DNA from: Lytechinus pictus | Lineage: Eukaryota | DNA length: 64,000 nt | Direction of reading: 5' to 3' | Assembly: GCF_037042905.1 (NCBI RefSeq) | Contig: NC_087257.1 | Location: forward strand, 15,066,001-15,130,000 | Shown here: positions 27,301-42,300 of the stretch, piece by piece | How the letters are laid out: each line of letters opens with the position of its first letter | How positions within the stretch are numbered: the stretch's first letter is position 1 | Program-made: the position numbers and the translations under genes | The notes under the pieces: model-generated | Told to the model about the DNA's origin: nothing | What the model saw: only the letters and a program-made list of their open reading frames with translations | Databases searched by the model: none

Positions 27301-30300
27301 GTTATCATTAATGCATACATCATCTTGTAATTTATATCTAAATCTAGAGTTTGACCGGTCACTATTTGCATCTGTTTAATCAATGAAGTTAGAGTGTTGA
27401 ATGTCTGTTAACTAAACTGAAATGACATCTAGGTTATCTTCCTGGAAATGTTTTCTAAGTGTTCGATTTCAAATAATATTTATGTTTAAAAAGTGCATTG
27501 TCAGAGACTAAAACCGGATCTTGAAAAACAAAATACACGAACATGGAAACTGTAATCGGATCCACTGAAGGAAATCTAAATTTACTTTATAAACAGAAAG
27601 GGTACCTACTGCCGCCGACTTAAATGACAATTTTAGGCAGAAAAAATAGGTTGTTATTTGGGATATGATATTCATCACGTCAGCTTAGTTTTTCCTGTTC
27701 TATTGAGGACTGTGAACTCTCACAGCCACATTGCAACCCAAATATAGCAACTAGATATATAAAAAAAAAAACACGCATATTAATCCGAGCCAATATGAGG
27801 CCAACGTTGTTAAATTCCGTTTGGGAAAGTACATTCCTCCCTGGTGTGACAAAGATCGCGCAGATGCAATGGATGATAATTTCCATGATATCAGGTATAA
27901 ATAAAACAATCACAATAACGCAGTGACAGTTAATTTTAACTACGTTTCACCGACGGTCTTCATCGAGTTATTCCCACCAATAATCAGATAATTATCGTCT
28001 GCTTATCATCATGGAAGGACGCGGTAAGTTCGTCTCGGTTTGGGCGTTGATTCTCTTCGTCGGTCCGTCCATCGTCAGGTTTTCTGGAGTGGATGCAGCG
28101 ATGTGTGGATGCCCACCGCTATGGACTGGCTTTAATGACAATTGTTACAGGTTAGTGCTTCTGTCTTCGTAATTAGACCTTTCTCCATGTTACTTCTAAG
28201 TTAATAATAATAATAATAAGTATTTTATAAGGCGACGTTTACCAATTTAAGTTTATTATTGAAATCGGACCAATTACAATTTTTATAGCCATTGTGATCT
28301 GTAAAAAATGTATATACTTGTTGTACATTCCACTGGGCTACTATATATATTCGTTATATGCCACCGTATCTTATGTTTAGATACTTTTCTTCAGAGAACA
28401 TGACCCACTTCGATGCCGAGCTAGCCTGCCAAACTTTCACTACACCATGTGGCGAGGAAACATCTTCAAGTTCAGTGGGTCATCTTGTTTCTATCCATTC
28501 CCAAGACGAGATGGACTTTATCTCTGTCATGTACGAGACACTACGATCCAAAAGGGTATGTATCACTAGCGTACCGTGATTTTGTTTTGGTCTATTTTTT
28601 TTAGTTGGGTGAACATTTCTAACAGGAAATAGGCAATTGCTTTCGGAGATAGAAATGAGCTTGACCAGTGTCATTAGACCAAAAAATGAGGGGGATCGAC
28701 ATGGCGTATAGGGCAAAAAGATATCTAAAGCTGCGAGCGAGCAAAAATGTTAGCCTTTTAATAAAAAAATATATTTTTGTAATAGATTTGTACATAATAT
28801 TAACAAAATTATATATTACACCCCATTTTTTTCATTTTCTCAATTTTTTCTTGGTCGCGAAACTTTTCGACGGCTACGATCCCAACCCCCTCCCTGTTTT
28901 AGTAGTAAAAAAAGTAACGGAAAGTGCTTCCGGAAATGAAGGTCACTTTTACTTTCGTTGTTCGTTTAATATAATATTTTGCACAAATTGGGGCACAGCA
29001 ATTAAATTTACATAAGAAAACAATTTACTGACTTATGATAATAGAAAGATAAATGGATAAGTGGAGGTTTGCAAGGAGGGGGTGTGAGGCGAACCGTGGC
29101 CCCTATACGTCAGTGCCGTAGAAAATAGCCCCAAGCTTTATGTTACGGGGGCAAACATTTGACAGCACGATCGAAAATGTTTAGTTTCTCTTTATTTCTT
29201 TTACACAGCCGGGGCTAGGCACACGGGTGTGGATCGGCCTACACGATCGCGCTTTGGAAGATTCTCCAGATTGGACCGATGGAACGCAATACGATTATTC
29301 AAACTGGGCACCTGGCCAGCCTAACGATCAAAATGGAGCAAGTGATTGCGTCTACTTTTCTAGACATCAACTTTACAAGTGGAATGACATTGCATGCACC
29401 CTTTCTAGCCGTGTCGAAGCTTATATCTGTAAGATTCGACAATGGTAATTTTGTGTACCAACGTGGCAGTACACATCGGGGGGAGGGGGGGGGGGTCATG
29501 CAAGGTGACAGCTAAACTTAGAAAACTCAATTTTTTACAGAAATATTTTACAAGATTCGCCAAAAGTGTTCGCGGTATCTTACAATTTCTCTTTAGAAAA
29601 CGCAAAAGTTCTCCAATAACAAGCGCCGCGGTCGCTTCGCTCCCTCGCTTTTGAGTTTCGTCAATAACATATGATACGGGTACGTTCTGCCCCCCCCCCC
29701 CGACAAAAAAATTGTGTGTACGGCCATATGTAAAAGTTTGGTTTATAGGCTATACTGAATACATCAGCTAGGTGTAATTGATATTCTAGTCCTATTTTAC
29801 TGTTTTTTTACTATTTTTTCTTATATAGCATTTCTCACTAAATACAATACAGTAAGAAATGTGACTGATCTAGTCAATTAGACATGTTGTGTTTTAGAGT
29901 GCTTTAATGATGGCGACTGTCATAGGACGTTCTAAATGTGGATTAAAAAGTAGGCGTATTATTATTCTGGAATCAGAAATCCGTATGTGCAGAAATCCAG
30001 TAGGACTATATGATGTTTTATAACATTTCCAAAGGGCTCAGAATTCTTTAAAATGTCTTAATACATACATTAATACATTTCATTCCTCATGAAACATTTT
30101 TTTATCATGTCTGTTTCTTGATATTTTTGTTAAAATGAATGAATGGTTTTTCGTATTCGATTTTGAATAAAATATTTCTATCGAAGAAAAAGATAATTTT
30201 TAAAAGACATTTTCGTGTTTTAAATGTTTCAACTCTCTGTACAAAACATCCACTTTGACTTTTACAAGATATAGTTTCCGAGAACCCCCCCCAAAAAAAA

Positions 30301-33300
30301 AAAAAAACATAATAAAAACAACATCTAAAAATATCATTGCTACGTATTATCTTTTAAAAGGCTCTTAGAGTATCATCGGGGGAACAAATAAAGCATGAAC
30401 ATCTAAAGAGAGGAGAGCGTCATACCTCTTAAATCTGATTTTTGCTCCAAGAAAGTTTTTTTAATAGAAATGGTTAAATCTCACTATGCTAATTTGTGCT
30501 AATTTATGAAAGATATCGTTCTTTTTATTTAAATCCGATGATCACGGACACAATAACAATCTCACCGAAGCATCATATCATCATTATATTATTCTTTTAT
30601 CTATCCTCTATTTCAAGTAAAACTATGATAGAAAAGAACAATTAAAAAAAAAAAAACAATCATCCAAATTCAAACAAGAAATTATGGTGATATATTGTTA
30701 CAATCTGTAATGAACCCAATTTTGCAGTTAAAATTGTAGCCGTGGTGTACTTAGTTTGCTTGATTATGATTACCTATCACATTATAAGGGTGACCAAGAC
30801 AAAAACATGATGAGATCAACATAGATGGCAGACAAGGGTCGGAACATATTTTCAATCACATTTTCCCCGATCTGCCGGTCGAAGAGCTATAGGATTTTTT
30901 GTGGAAAGGGAATTATTTCGTTATTTTTGTTTACCTTTGGCGTGAGACTGGTATCTTCTAGGAGTGAGGCAACGAAGTCGAGTTGGATGTTATCGGGGTT
31001 CGAAATGAGAGCATCGATGGTAGAAGGCTGAGTTTTGTTGGAGTTGGCGTTAGATCCATTCTAGAATGTGCAAAATATCAATAACATTTCTTACGGAACT
31101 ACCATTGTGAAAGAATTCATGATCGTACGAAACGTAATCAAAATCATTCTGTTTGAATTCACACTAAGGACAAAATCGTTCAAGTTCGCACCCTGAGTGC
31201 CACTCTGCATGGCCGCACATGCAATCTTGCACCCATAGCAAAAAAAGTTTCCAAAATGCACTTCTTGTTCCTATCAGGACCATGGCAGGTGAAACTATGC
31301 ACCTTTCGGATGCATAATCATTTTGCATTGAAAAGGTCCACATTTTGTGTTTTTTCTCCTTACTCTCTTGTTTTTCTTCTCCATCCTTCTTACTCTACCG
31401 TTTTTATCGAGCATCAGAGATCATATCCTTGCAAGGAACAGATGGACCAATATAACACGTCGGTCACTCTTGACTTGCGTAGTATATGGGCAATGACAAA
31501 ACGCACACAGACATGTTACAGCATCTGCATTAATTTTTTTTTTTTGCACGATCACTCAGATTCAGCAAAATCATACAAGAATTGCAGGCCAAATATAATT
31601 TAGTTACCCGGCAGTATCAACGCCATTCTCTATGCACAAATCGTACGATATCTTACAAATTTTATGCAGAGATTACACGGGACCGCGTACTGGCATCGCG
31701 ATCTCCGTACGATTTTATTTACCCCGCGTGTCTACCTAAGATCATACAATCCCTGAGCAATTCTATTCTATCGGCGCAGTCTGTCGATAGCGGCCCTTTA
31801 CGATTCTTCCTGCGATGATCGCACGACACCATCTACGATGATTCTACGGGATTACAATTTTTTCTAAATTTCCACACTTATTAAAATCGTAGGCACTGCG
31901 ATGCACGTAAGGGACCCCGTAAAATCGTACGATTATCGCACGGCAAAAGCTTGTCCCTGATGAGCTTACGGGGACCGAATGTCATCGGGATCATCGAAAG
32001 GCAAATAAGACCGAATCTAATCTACTTACAGTTGGATTGTTGGCCAAGCATTGCTGATATAAAGGATCCAGCCAGGAAGCCCCTGCTGACTCGTTGTAAT
32101 AACACAGACGGCTTACATTGTGAAAGTGATCTGTTTGGAGAGTTTGAAAAGATCTATTGATTAAAAACCATTCACATCACGAAATAATGCAGACAAAAAA
32201 TAATAAGGCGGGAAAAATTCAAAACCCCTAACCTTTCGATTGATAATGGACGGCAGATCTTTACAACTGTGATCGTGAAGGGTCTTGTTTCATAATTGCC
32301 CCTCCCACTGGAATATTATGGGATGTATCATGAAGAGTACGTGTAGTTAATGCCAGTTACGTGACCTGCCTGCCCCTATATACTTATCGTCATCTATCAT
32401 GTGTTTGGACACAGAACAAATAAACTTCATGATTTATTTTTATTCATTTGGATTATAAAATTAAAATTCCTATGGTATGGCTTTCTTCACAAAATATTTA
32501 GCCCTGAAACTAAAAGGGCTGTGAGCCGTTGCATCGTGCTTGACGCCTGCATGTAATCAAGGCCTCATTAAGAAGTTCGAGGTTTCGAGACCCGGTCAAG
32601 TCTTTCCCGCGTTTTGATAAGGTCGGTCAAGATGCATATCTGACTGATTACACGTCATTCTGTAAAAACTCAATCATACACACACACACACACGCACCCA
32701 GCACTCACCCTCGTACACTTGATCACACACCCTTCTACCCACCCTCCCAAACGAACGCACACGCATCCACATACCCACACACGCATGCACCCTCACCACG
32801 CTCACACAAATCTCTTTCATCATCTCACCAACCTGCGTTGCTTGTTGCGCAGATGATCGGGGCATTAGCGCGCTTTCCTACTTCCGTTTGGTTGAATATC
32901 AGCGTTTGGCCGTTCGGGAGAAGCACTTCATCTTCTTCGCATTGTAAACCTAAAGACACCATTATATATAAAATTAAAAAATGATAATGGCAGGAAAAAA
33001 ATTACTGATTGCTTGCCTGAAAAAAATATTAAAATAAGTGTGTATCCCCTTGATCATCTTTCGATTCAAATCTCGAAAAAAAGCATAACAAGTTTTGTCA
33101 AGGGTATAGAAGTTTAAAGTGTCACCTACTTTATTGCGAAATACTAAATCTTGCCAAATCATCTTGATTCCTTATTATTATGTAGACATGGCAAGATACA
33201 TTATCTTGCCAAATCGATTTACAAAAAAGTTGCATGACGCACTGGAGAGTTCAATACATTATCTTGCAAAGTCGACTTATAAGAAGTAATTTGTTCGACA

Positions 33301-36300
33301 TACAACTTAAGTTGGCATGATAACGTATATCATGTCAACGAAATGAGTATTCAAGTCGACATGGCAAACCAAATATCTCGTCACGTACACTCTCAAAACA
33401 AATCAGTCAAAATGACTAGTTAATCGGGTCAGCTGGATGCAACTTTTATTCTAGTCATATTTGATTAATTTTTAGTCGTATTTTACTAGAACAAACTTAT
33501 TTCTGACGAGAATATACGTCAGAAATGTGACTAGATTTACCAGTTGCACCCAGCTGACTACTGATCTAGGCAATTTGACTGATTGTTTTAAGAGTGTAGA
33601 TGCCACTTTAAACTTCCTTACATGTCGACTAAAAACGTGTAATTATGTAGTTATATGGCCAGTGTCGTTTCTACTACGTAGGCCTATTTCGAAAAGAAAA
33701 TAGCAAGTTCAAATATCTCGTCACGTAAATGGCACTTTAAAGCTTCCGTACATAGAGGATATAAAACACTGTTTAATTGTTTTTTAATAAATTTCTGTTT
33801 AATATATGAATCTTATTTGTATAGAATTTCAAACAACGTTTTTACTGCGTACAAAAATCTTTATTTCTCTCGAGTTGCGTCCAAAGTCGCCAGGCGTACC
33901 TAGGATTTTCTAAGGGGGGGGCAAATTCGTCCGCCAAAAGAAAAATGGTCTTCAACCGCAAGTAAAGGACATTTCGCACCAGAAAAAAAATTGACAAGCA
34001 AAAAAAAAAGGTCTTCAAGTTCAAAGGAGGGGTCCACTTAGCTCGTGAGGGATCAGTTTTGACTCGTCAGGGGGGGCAGACAGTGGCGTAACTACGGGGG
34101 GGCATGGGGGGGCACGTGCCCCCCCAATCGGCTGGCCAAAAAAAAAAAAAAAACGGGGAAAAGGAGAAAACGAGGGAGAAAGGGAAAGAAACGTAGTGGG
34201 GAAAGAAGAAATTATTGTTAATTATAATGTTATATTATGTTATAATTATGTTATGTTATATTACATTTAAAAAAATCATAACTTTATGAAACATAATTTG
34301 CGCAGGGCCTATGTCTCCATTGTTCCTGGTGCTCGCATTGTATGTTTAACAAGATATATAATCCTGTTGTACTAAAACCTCCCGTTTTCAAGTCAATATA
34401 CACCAAATATATTTCCTCGCACTTCGAATTATTATTGTTTATGTAGTGACATATGCTTCTATTTCATGACTACTTAAAGTGATTGCCCCATTTTAAGGTC
34501 TTAATATAAACCATTTCCTGTCCGTGCTTACGTTCGCATTCGAGGATTGGTGAGATATGTCTGTTCTTCATGAATTCCCAAAATCAGTCGTTAAAATGTC
34601 CCTTTTTCTGATCTGAATATCAAAAATTTTCAGCTTGCGCTTCGCGCTCGTATCATTTGGTTAGTGAGATGCGTATATGATAATGACTACAAAAAGTGCT
34701 TCATGTGTCATTTACATGTAATTCTAACAAGATCAGCATGCGTTTGGCACTCGCATTAGATGACTATGGTGAGATATGTGCTCTTAATGGATTCCTTAAA
34801 AAAATAGTCCTTATATCCCTGTTTTGGGTCAATGATATGCAAAAATTTAAGCTTGCGCTTCGCGCTCACATATTTTTGTTAGTGAAATACGTATGATCTT
34901 CGTGAATTCCTACAAACAAGCCTTAAAATGTCCCTCTTCAGGTCTGAATTTCCTAAATTTTCAGCTCGCGCTTCGCGCTCGCAATATTTGATTAGTGAGA
35001 TGCGTATGTTAACCATGATTACAATGATTAAAAAAAGTGCTTCATGTGTTTAGATGTATATTATTCTAACAAAATCAGCAAGAGATTGGCACTCACAATA
35101 GATGACTATGGCGAGATATGTATACTCTTAATGGATTCCTAAAATATAGTCCTTAAAATGTCCCTGTTTGGGGTCAATATATACAAAAATGTCAGCTCGC
35201 GCTTCGCGCTCGCATGGTTTGTTTAGCGAGACAGGTATGTATTATGATTACAAGAATTTGCTTATAATGTCCTTTTTAGGTCTGAATTTCAAAAAAATTC
35301 AGCTCGCGCTTCGCGCTCGCATGATGTGATCAGTGAGATACATATCCGTTTAATGACACTGTCCTAAAAATGTCTCTATTATGTCAGTATACCTGGCAAC
35401 TGAGCGCACTTTAAGTGACTCAAAATTTTTGCTGGTGCCCCCCCCCCCCCCCCAATGCCGTGACCCACGGTACGCCACTGGGGGCAGAGATACGTCCCTT
35501 GCATGTGTTGTGACTCGTCAGGGGGGCAGTCTGCCCCCCCCCCTTATTTGTACGCTAATGGCTGAATCCCTTTATAATACTCTTTATTTCTCCCTTTACT
35601 CCCCGTTTTCATCACACTAAATGTCAATGGGTAGTGATCGCCCCACCCTAGTCGATTTCAGGGTATTTTTGTAGGGTGAGGGCAAGAACAGCAAATCTAT
35701 TTGAAATTATTTTATATTTTGTTTGTAATTATTTTCATGAGCATTGTATTCTGATTTCCATGTACACTGGATTCTTCATTCTTGGGACTGTTTTTCATCG
35801 TTTTTTTTTTCTCTCGATTCAATAAATACTAAATTCTACTGGCACTACGAAATAAAATTACAGGAATATCAGTTTCCAGACCTCTCTTTTCTATACTCTT
35901 CTATATTTTTCCTCTCTATATTTCTTCCCCTTTTCTTCTCTTTTCTCCTATTTCTCTATCTCTCTGTCTCTCTTCTCTTCGGTAAAAAATGGTATTTTCC
36001 CTGCCCCCTGAGGTGCCGCCCCATCAAAACTATCAAATTAATACTAAATATCAGTACCTATACATGAAGGAACAGGTCCATCCCATGATGCATCTGAATT
36101 CATGACAATACAGAGTGGGGCATTATGGGTAAGATTGAAACCTTGATCGCACTCAAAATCGCATCTAGAATCCTTGAGTCTCGAGCAAATCCCTTTAATT
36201 CTACCGTTGTTAGGAGGAGTTAGAAGTGGACATCGCAGAACTAGATTTAAAAGAAAATAAACAAAAAAGACTTATTCATATATCATAAGAATAAATGCTT

Positions 36301-39300
36301 GTTAATATGGCTCTTAAAAATAACGGTCCCAGTCAAATCTAATAAATTCAGATGAGTAATCGATGATACGTATGGGTAATGGGTTAATGGGTCGTATCTC
36401 TTTAGCTGATTCAGCCACTACATCACCAAATTGATGGTTTCACAAATTCCAATGAAACATAATAAAATCTCAACCAAAGTCTTGTAGCCTATAATCCTAG
36501 ATAATTTTGGTTTTCATCCAAGATGTGAATTCGAAATTAATAAAAGAGAATTACCACTTTCTAGTATCAAATATTACAGATGACGTTTTGAACTTTCGCT
36601 CTGAAATTAGGAAAATTTACTATCTCGTAAATTGATTATTCTTCTTTCGATTTCCAAAGGCAGGCAATCAATCGAAACGAACAAAACTTAAACAACGAGG
36701 GTGCAGCACTGGTGGACCAGAAGGGGGGGGGGGTCGAAAAACCCAGGAAATGCCTTCAAACATATTACCCGATGACCCTTGAACTCAGGTTGCCAATTTA
36801 CTCACCGCTTATAGTAAAGGTTACGATACATTCTGCCGTATTTCCCGATCCATCAGTGGCTGTATACACGATAGTGTGATTTCCTTCTGAAAATATTGAT
36901 CCGGACGAACCGCCCGATACTCCGCTAATAAATTAAATAAAACATATTGTATTCGTTGTAACAACAGGATAACCGCAATAAAACTACAAACAGTTCCTTC
37001 CCAATATTATGGATGAAAGACTCTTGAATCTCCCCCTTCTCTCTCTCCCTCCCACTCCCTCTACATCCATCTCTATTTCTCTAACTCCCACCCCTCTTTA
37101 TTTCCCCCGCTTTCCCTTCTCTATCCATAATGAGTAAAAAAAATGATGGGGGCACATCATGGCATATGTGAGAAAAATTCTAAATAGTCGCGAGCTAGCG
37201 AAAAAAAGTCTTTTTGTGAAAGAATATTACATAATATACAACCACAGATAGTATGTGTAACCATTTTCCTTCCCTTTTCTGTCCATTTCTCCTTTTTGTT
37301 TAGGTCGTGGGACTTTTTTTTTGGGGGGGCGAACCCTTCAATACTCCATCTGTATGCTAGTGTCTGGGAAAGAGGTGTACTTTGTTCGAAAAATGTAACA
37401 CAAACCAGGGGTGAAGTTACAATAGGTTTGCCCCTGTGATTTTGAATAAGTGAAAATATATCATAGAGGAGGAAAATTCAAATTCAAATTCAAATTCAAT
37501 TCGGTTTTATTAAGCAATACTCATCAAAAAGTCCGAGGACTAACAATGTGAGTTTACATTTTAAAAAATACATAACAAAGAAATAAATAAATGCATAACA
37601 TGCAGTGACCATTAAAGAAGAAAAAAATATACATTATGTTTAAAATGCAATAATAGTATAAAAAAAGAAGAAGAAGGAGGAGTTGCATGTAATAAGACAG
37701 ATTTAATTTGTATATATAAAAAAAGCAGGTGAGGAGCAAGAAAGGGGAGCAAGAATGGCAAGAGTGAGCATGTGAAAAGGTGAGAGTAGAGAGTGGTGTA
37801 GCAAAAGATAAAGAGGGAAAAAAGGAATGAAGGAGGAAAACAAGAAAGACCCACAAGTAAACAATAAATTGCAGATTAAAAACATATCCTTAAAAATAAG
37901 AAAACAGGAAAAACAGGAAGAAAGAAGAAAAGGTGTATAAAAAGAGATGCAGAGCTTTGTTGCATAAAGTAAATATTATGGTAACTTTGCCATCCAATGG
38001 TAACTACTATGGTAACGCTGATCAACAGCCAATCCAAATGCATGGCAAAGTTACCATAATGGCAACTCTTATGCAACGGGGCCCAGGTCTGGTTATTATG
38101 TATAACCATTAATCTTTATTTAATTTAGAAAAAATGATATGCCACCTAAATACCATCATACTCTGCCGTCCCTTTGGCGTACAAAAATCTTTGATAACTT
38201 TTAGTATCCTATTTCCCTATAACGACTTCTGCAATTTGAACTTTAAAAACGTTTCCTCATTTTCTTTTTTCTTCAAGTTGTAGTCTACACAGAGTGAGAC
38301 CTCAGTCATTATTTTTTACTCGTTTCTCACACTAAGCATAGTAATGCCCGTTTATATTAGGTCTACGATAGGTTATCTGCCCGTAGGATGATAATTAGAA
38401 AAGAATGGCTAACGGTGTTCGTACGATTTTCGTACTGATTCACCATCATCGTAGGGTCTATCGTTTTGATTGGCGTGGATTTAGATTTGTTTTCAAAATC
38501 TTAAAATCGTATCACTTTAATAAAAGTGAGAGACATCTTATGATCAGCTCACGGTAATTTTACGGAAAGAGCAGGGACATCGTACGATCTCCATATTCAG
38601 TCATCTACGGTGCCCAGCACAAAAATCGCACGATGGCCGTAAAGCCCCTTTCACAATTGACGTACGACCTGTTTACGACCGCCTGCAACAGATTTTTCTT
38701 GTTGTTGCACGATCGATCTCTTGGTGTCTTGCGAGCACTCGCAGTGGTTGTAGACGAACGCACGAATTTGAGGTGGTCGGAGGTGGTCGTGACTGGTCGC
38801 ATCTGAATCTGAACATGTTCAAAATCCAAACGCGATCAAATACGATTGGTTTACTCGCATCAGGTCGTACCATCGGTCGGGCGATCATCGTGTGAGTGTT
38901 GTTCAACGTTGTACGACTTGGTGCGAGAGGTGACACAACTACGTATAGTCGCATTTAGTCGACTGGAGGTCGTACAACACTTGCACATGCGCTAGATACC
39001 TACAGAGACCAGTCTTGCGACTGGTTGCGATAATATAAGACTGTTGCAAGACCGATCGAAATTACGGCTTACAACATTCCACTACCGTTGCATTCGCATG
39101 TATGCGACCGTACAGCCCCTTTCACAATTGACATCCGACCAGTTTACGACCGCCTGCAACAGTTTTTTTCTGCTGTTGCACGATCGATCTCTTGGTGACT
39201 TGCGAGCACTCGCAGTCGTTGTAGACGGTCGCACGAACTCGAGGTGGTCGTGACTGGTCACATCTGAACTTTGAACATGTTCAAAATCCGAACGCGATCA

Positions 39301-42300
39301 AATACGACCGATTCACTCGCATCAGCTCGTATCCGGGGTCATACCATCGGTCGGGCGATCATCGTGGGAGTGTTGTTCAACGTTGCACGACTTGGTGCGA
39401 GAGGTGGCACAACTAAGTAGTCGCATTTACTCGACTGGAGGTCGTACAACACTTGCACATGTGCTAGCGACCTACATGTACAGAGACCTGTCTTGCGACT
39501 GGGTGCGATAATATGATGTGCCATAAGACTGTTGCAAGACCGATCGCAACGGCTTACAACATTGCACTACCGTTGTGTGCGACCGTTCCCCTCGCAATCC
39601 CTCGTGCAACACTCGCATGTGATCGCACGAGCACAATAGGATCATAATCGACTTACTCGTGCAACGGGTTTTACTGGTTGTTTTTGTTGTACGACAGCTG
39701 TTGCAACTGTGAAAGCCTATGTGCGATATTATGAGATGACTGGCGATTGATGCCTGTTGCAGCCTGTCGCACGACCAAAAGGTCGCAAGTGGTCGTACGT
39801 CAATTGTGAAAGGGGCTTAAATAAGGTTAAAAAGACAAATCGTAGCCAACTACATTGTCACAAAAATCTTAAACTAATCCATCGTACGATGATCGTAGCA
39901 AATGTAAACGAGGCATTAGGCCTATAATATACTGAGCATTATAGTACTTTATTGCTTAAGCCCCTTTCACAATTGTTGCCAAACAGACTACAACGGCTTG
40001 CGACTCGAAATTTTTCCCGTTGTACGACTCGTTGTAGCCGTTGTACCACTTATTGTACGATCCAGATGCGACAAAATGGTCGCATCTTGGTCGGGAAAAA
40101 AAACCGTGCTGCTCCGATATTTTGAGCGACTGACGCGATGACAAATAATTGCACGACAGGCAGTACGAGTGTTGTGCGACTTTGCACGCACTCGTAAGAC
40201 CCCGAACGAGTGTTGCACGAGTATTTTCATGTCGTACGATGATGCATCCTGTCGTACGAGTCCGTTGTACCACCCTAAGACTATTGGAAGACCTGTCTTG
40301 CCCCCTTTGCAACGTTGTACGATTTTTTTTCACCCCCAATATAAGCTCGAGAACTCCTGAGCTTTCATCCCAAATGTCTGGACCATCCACTGTAAACATG
40401 GCTGCTGCTCAACCAATAGCTCCTGGGAGGCTCTTGCATTTGCTAAGTCTGAGAAGGCAAATCCAAAACGTTCAAGACAGACATGTCATATTGATGGCCT
40501 TACTCATCCGTAGACGTCAAAGACATGCAAGGCAAAGAAGAAGGTGATGGGTCAAACCCAGGATTGAGAGACGTGTGCTGTTTGGACAGTATGATAATCT
40601 GATGACGGAGTTGCAGAGAGAATGTCAGGGTGACTTCCTGAACTACATGAGGATGCCACCAGAAACGTTCCTTGAACTGTTGCAGCGCATCACTCCGAGG
40701 ATAGAGAAGTCCTATCGCTACCGGCAGCCACTGGATCCTGGGCTCAAACTGGCCATCACCTTGAGATATCTTGCGACCGGCAACAGCTACAAAACCATGC
40801 AGTATGCCTTCCGTGTTGCCCATAATACCATCTCTCTGTTTATACCAGAGGTGTGCCAGGCCATCATCAATGAATACCAAGATGAAGTATTTTCCTGTCC
40901 AACTACCCCAGATGAATGGAGAGAAGTGGCACGGACTTACGCTGACAGATGGAACTTTCATCATGTCTGCGGAGCCTTGGACGGAAAACACGTGGCCATC
41001 ATAAATACACCAGGCTCTGGTACGATCTACTACAACTACAAGGGTTTCTACAGCCTCATCCTCTTGGCCCTAGTTGATGGCAATTACAAGTTCCTCTGGG
41101 CTGACGTTGGTAATCCCGGTTCATCATCGGATGCCCAGGTCTTCAACCACAGCCCGCTGAGACGTGGACTGGAGAATGGTACTCTTGGCCTGCCAGATCC
41201 AGAGCCCCTGCCAGATGATGACCGAGACACCCCTTACTTCTTAATTGGGGACGACGCCTTCACTCTCAGGACATGGATGCAGAAGCCGTACTCCAACCGT
41301 GAGCAGACCGACGAGGAGAGAATCTTCAACTACCGTCTCTCGAGGGCTCGCCGTGTGGTGGAGAACAGCTTTGGCATCCTTGCCCATCGCTGGAGATGCT
41401 TGTTGAGTACCCTACAGCTTGATCCAGAAAAGGCCAGGACAGTCATTATGGCCTGCATGTGCCTCCACAACCTAATGAGAGATCGTTTTCCTGGGCTTCA
41501 GAACATTGACGTTGACCATGAAGATGAGTTGGGCAACCACATCCCTGGGGCATGGAGAAACGCAGCAGTTCTGCACGATGTTGAACGAGTTGGCGGAGGC
41601 TACCAGGCAAACAAAGAGGGCAAGAAGCTGAGAACTTACCTGAAGCACTACTACAACAGTCCAGTTGGAAGCCTGCCCTGGCAACAACACATGATATAGA
41701 CTGCCACTTGGCGCACTACTTGGGATACAGCACAGACTCTGTCATAAAAATGGCATGTAAACTTCGATCATGATTTTGTGGAATGAATCATTTCAAAGTA
41801 GAAATGAATGACCATGTCAACAGTTATTTTAAACATACATTACTTTTACATCGAAAGGTAGTTTGAAATTTAAAAAGTTAACTCTCCTTAATAACATGTG
41901 TTCGAAATAAAATAATGAAGGAGAACATGTTTGAAAAAATGTGATTTATGAGAATAAAAAAGATGTACAGATATAACATATTGTGGCGTAACCGGGCCCT
42001 GTCGGGGGTAGCGTTCTGCCGTCTCGCAGTCTCCAGAACCCGGTCCACGCTTCTACTCACTTTTATATCTCTTTTTGGGCAGGTTCGTTCACAAAAGTAT
42101 ATTGTGCAACGTGGTACAATCTCTCGCTCCTCTGAAATACACCGAAACACCCGCTCACTCACCCTAAATCATGCAAATGAAGCAACTTGGGAGATATTCA
42201 GTATACAGTTCAACTTGATTTATTCGGAGCTTACATCTTACAACCGCACGCCACCGCAGCTCCCAGCGAACTGACGTACTTCTCCAATAATCGCAAAGCA

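Noticed and set aside
36400-36500. Extra aGPCR exon
   Set aside because: Both candidate acceptors lead to in-frame stops, and exons 4 and 5 already join in phase.
37554-37885. Hydrophobic F/L/S-rich ORFs (also 25107-25349, 35744-36067)
   Set aside because: Low-complexity pyrimidine/purine tracts without splice or domain support.
40575-41699. Domesticated HARBI1 gene
   Set aside because: It is flanked by intact TIRs and TSD, paired with ORF2, and has a premature stop, so it is a transposon copy.
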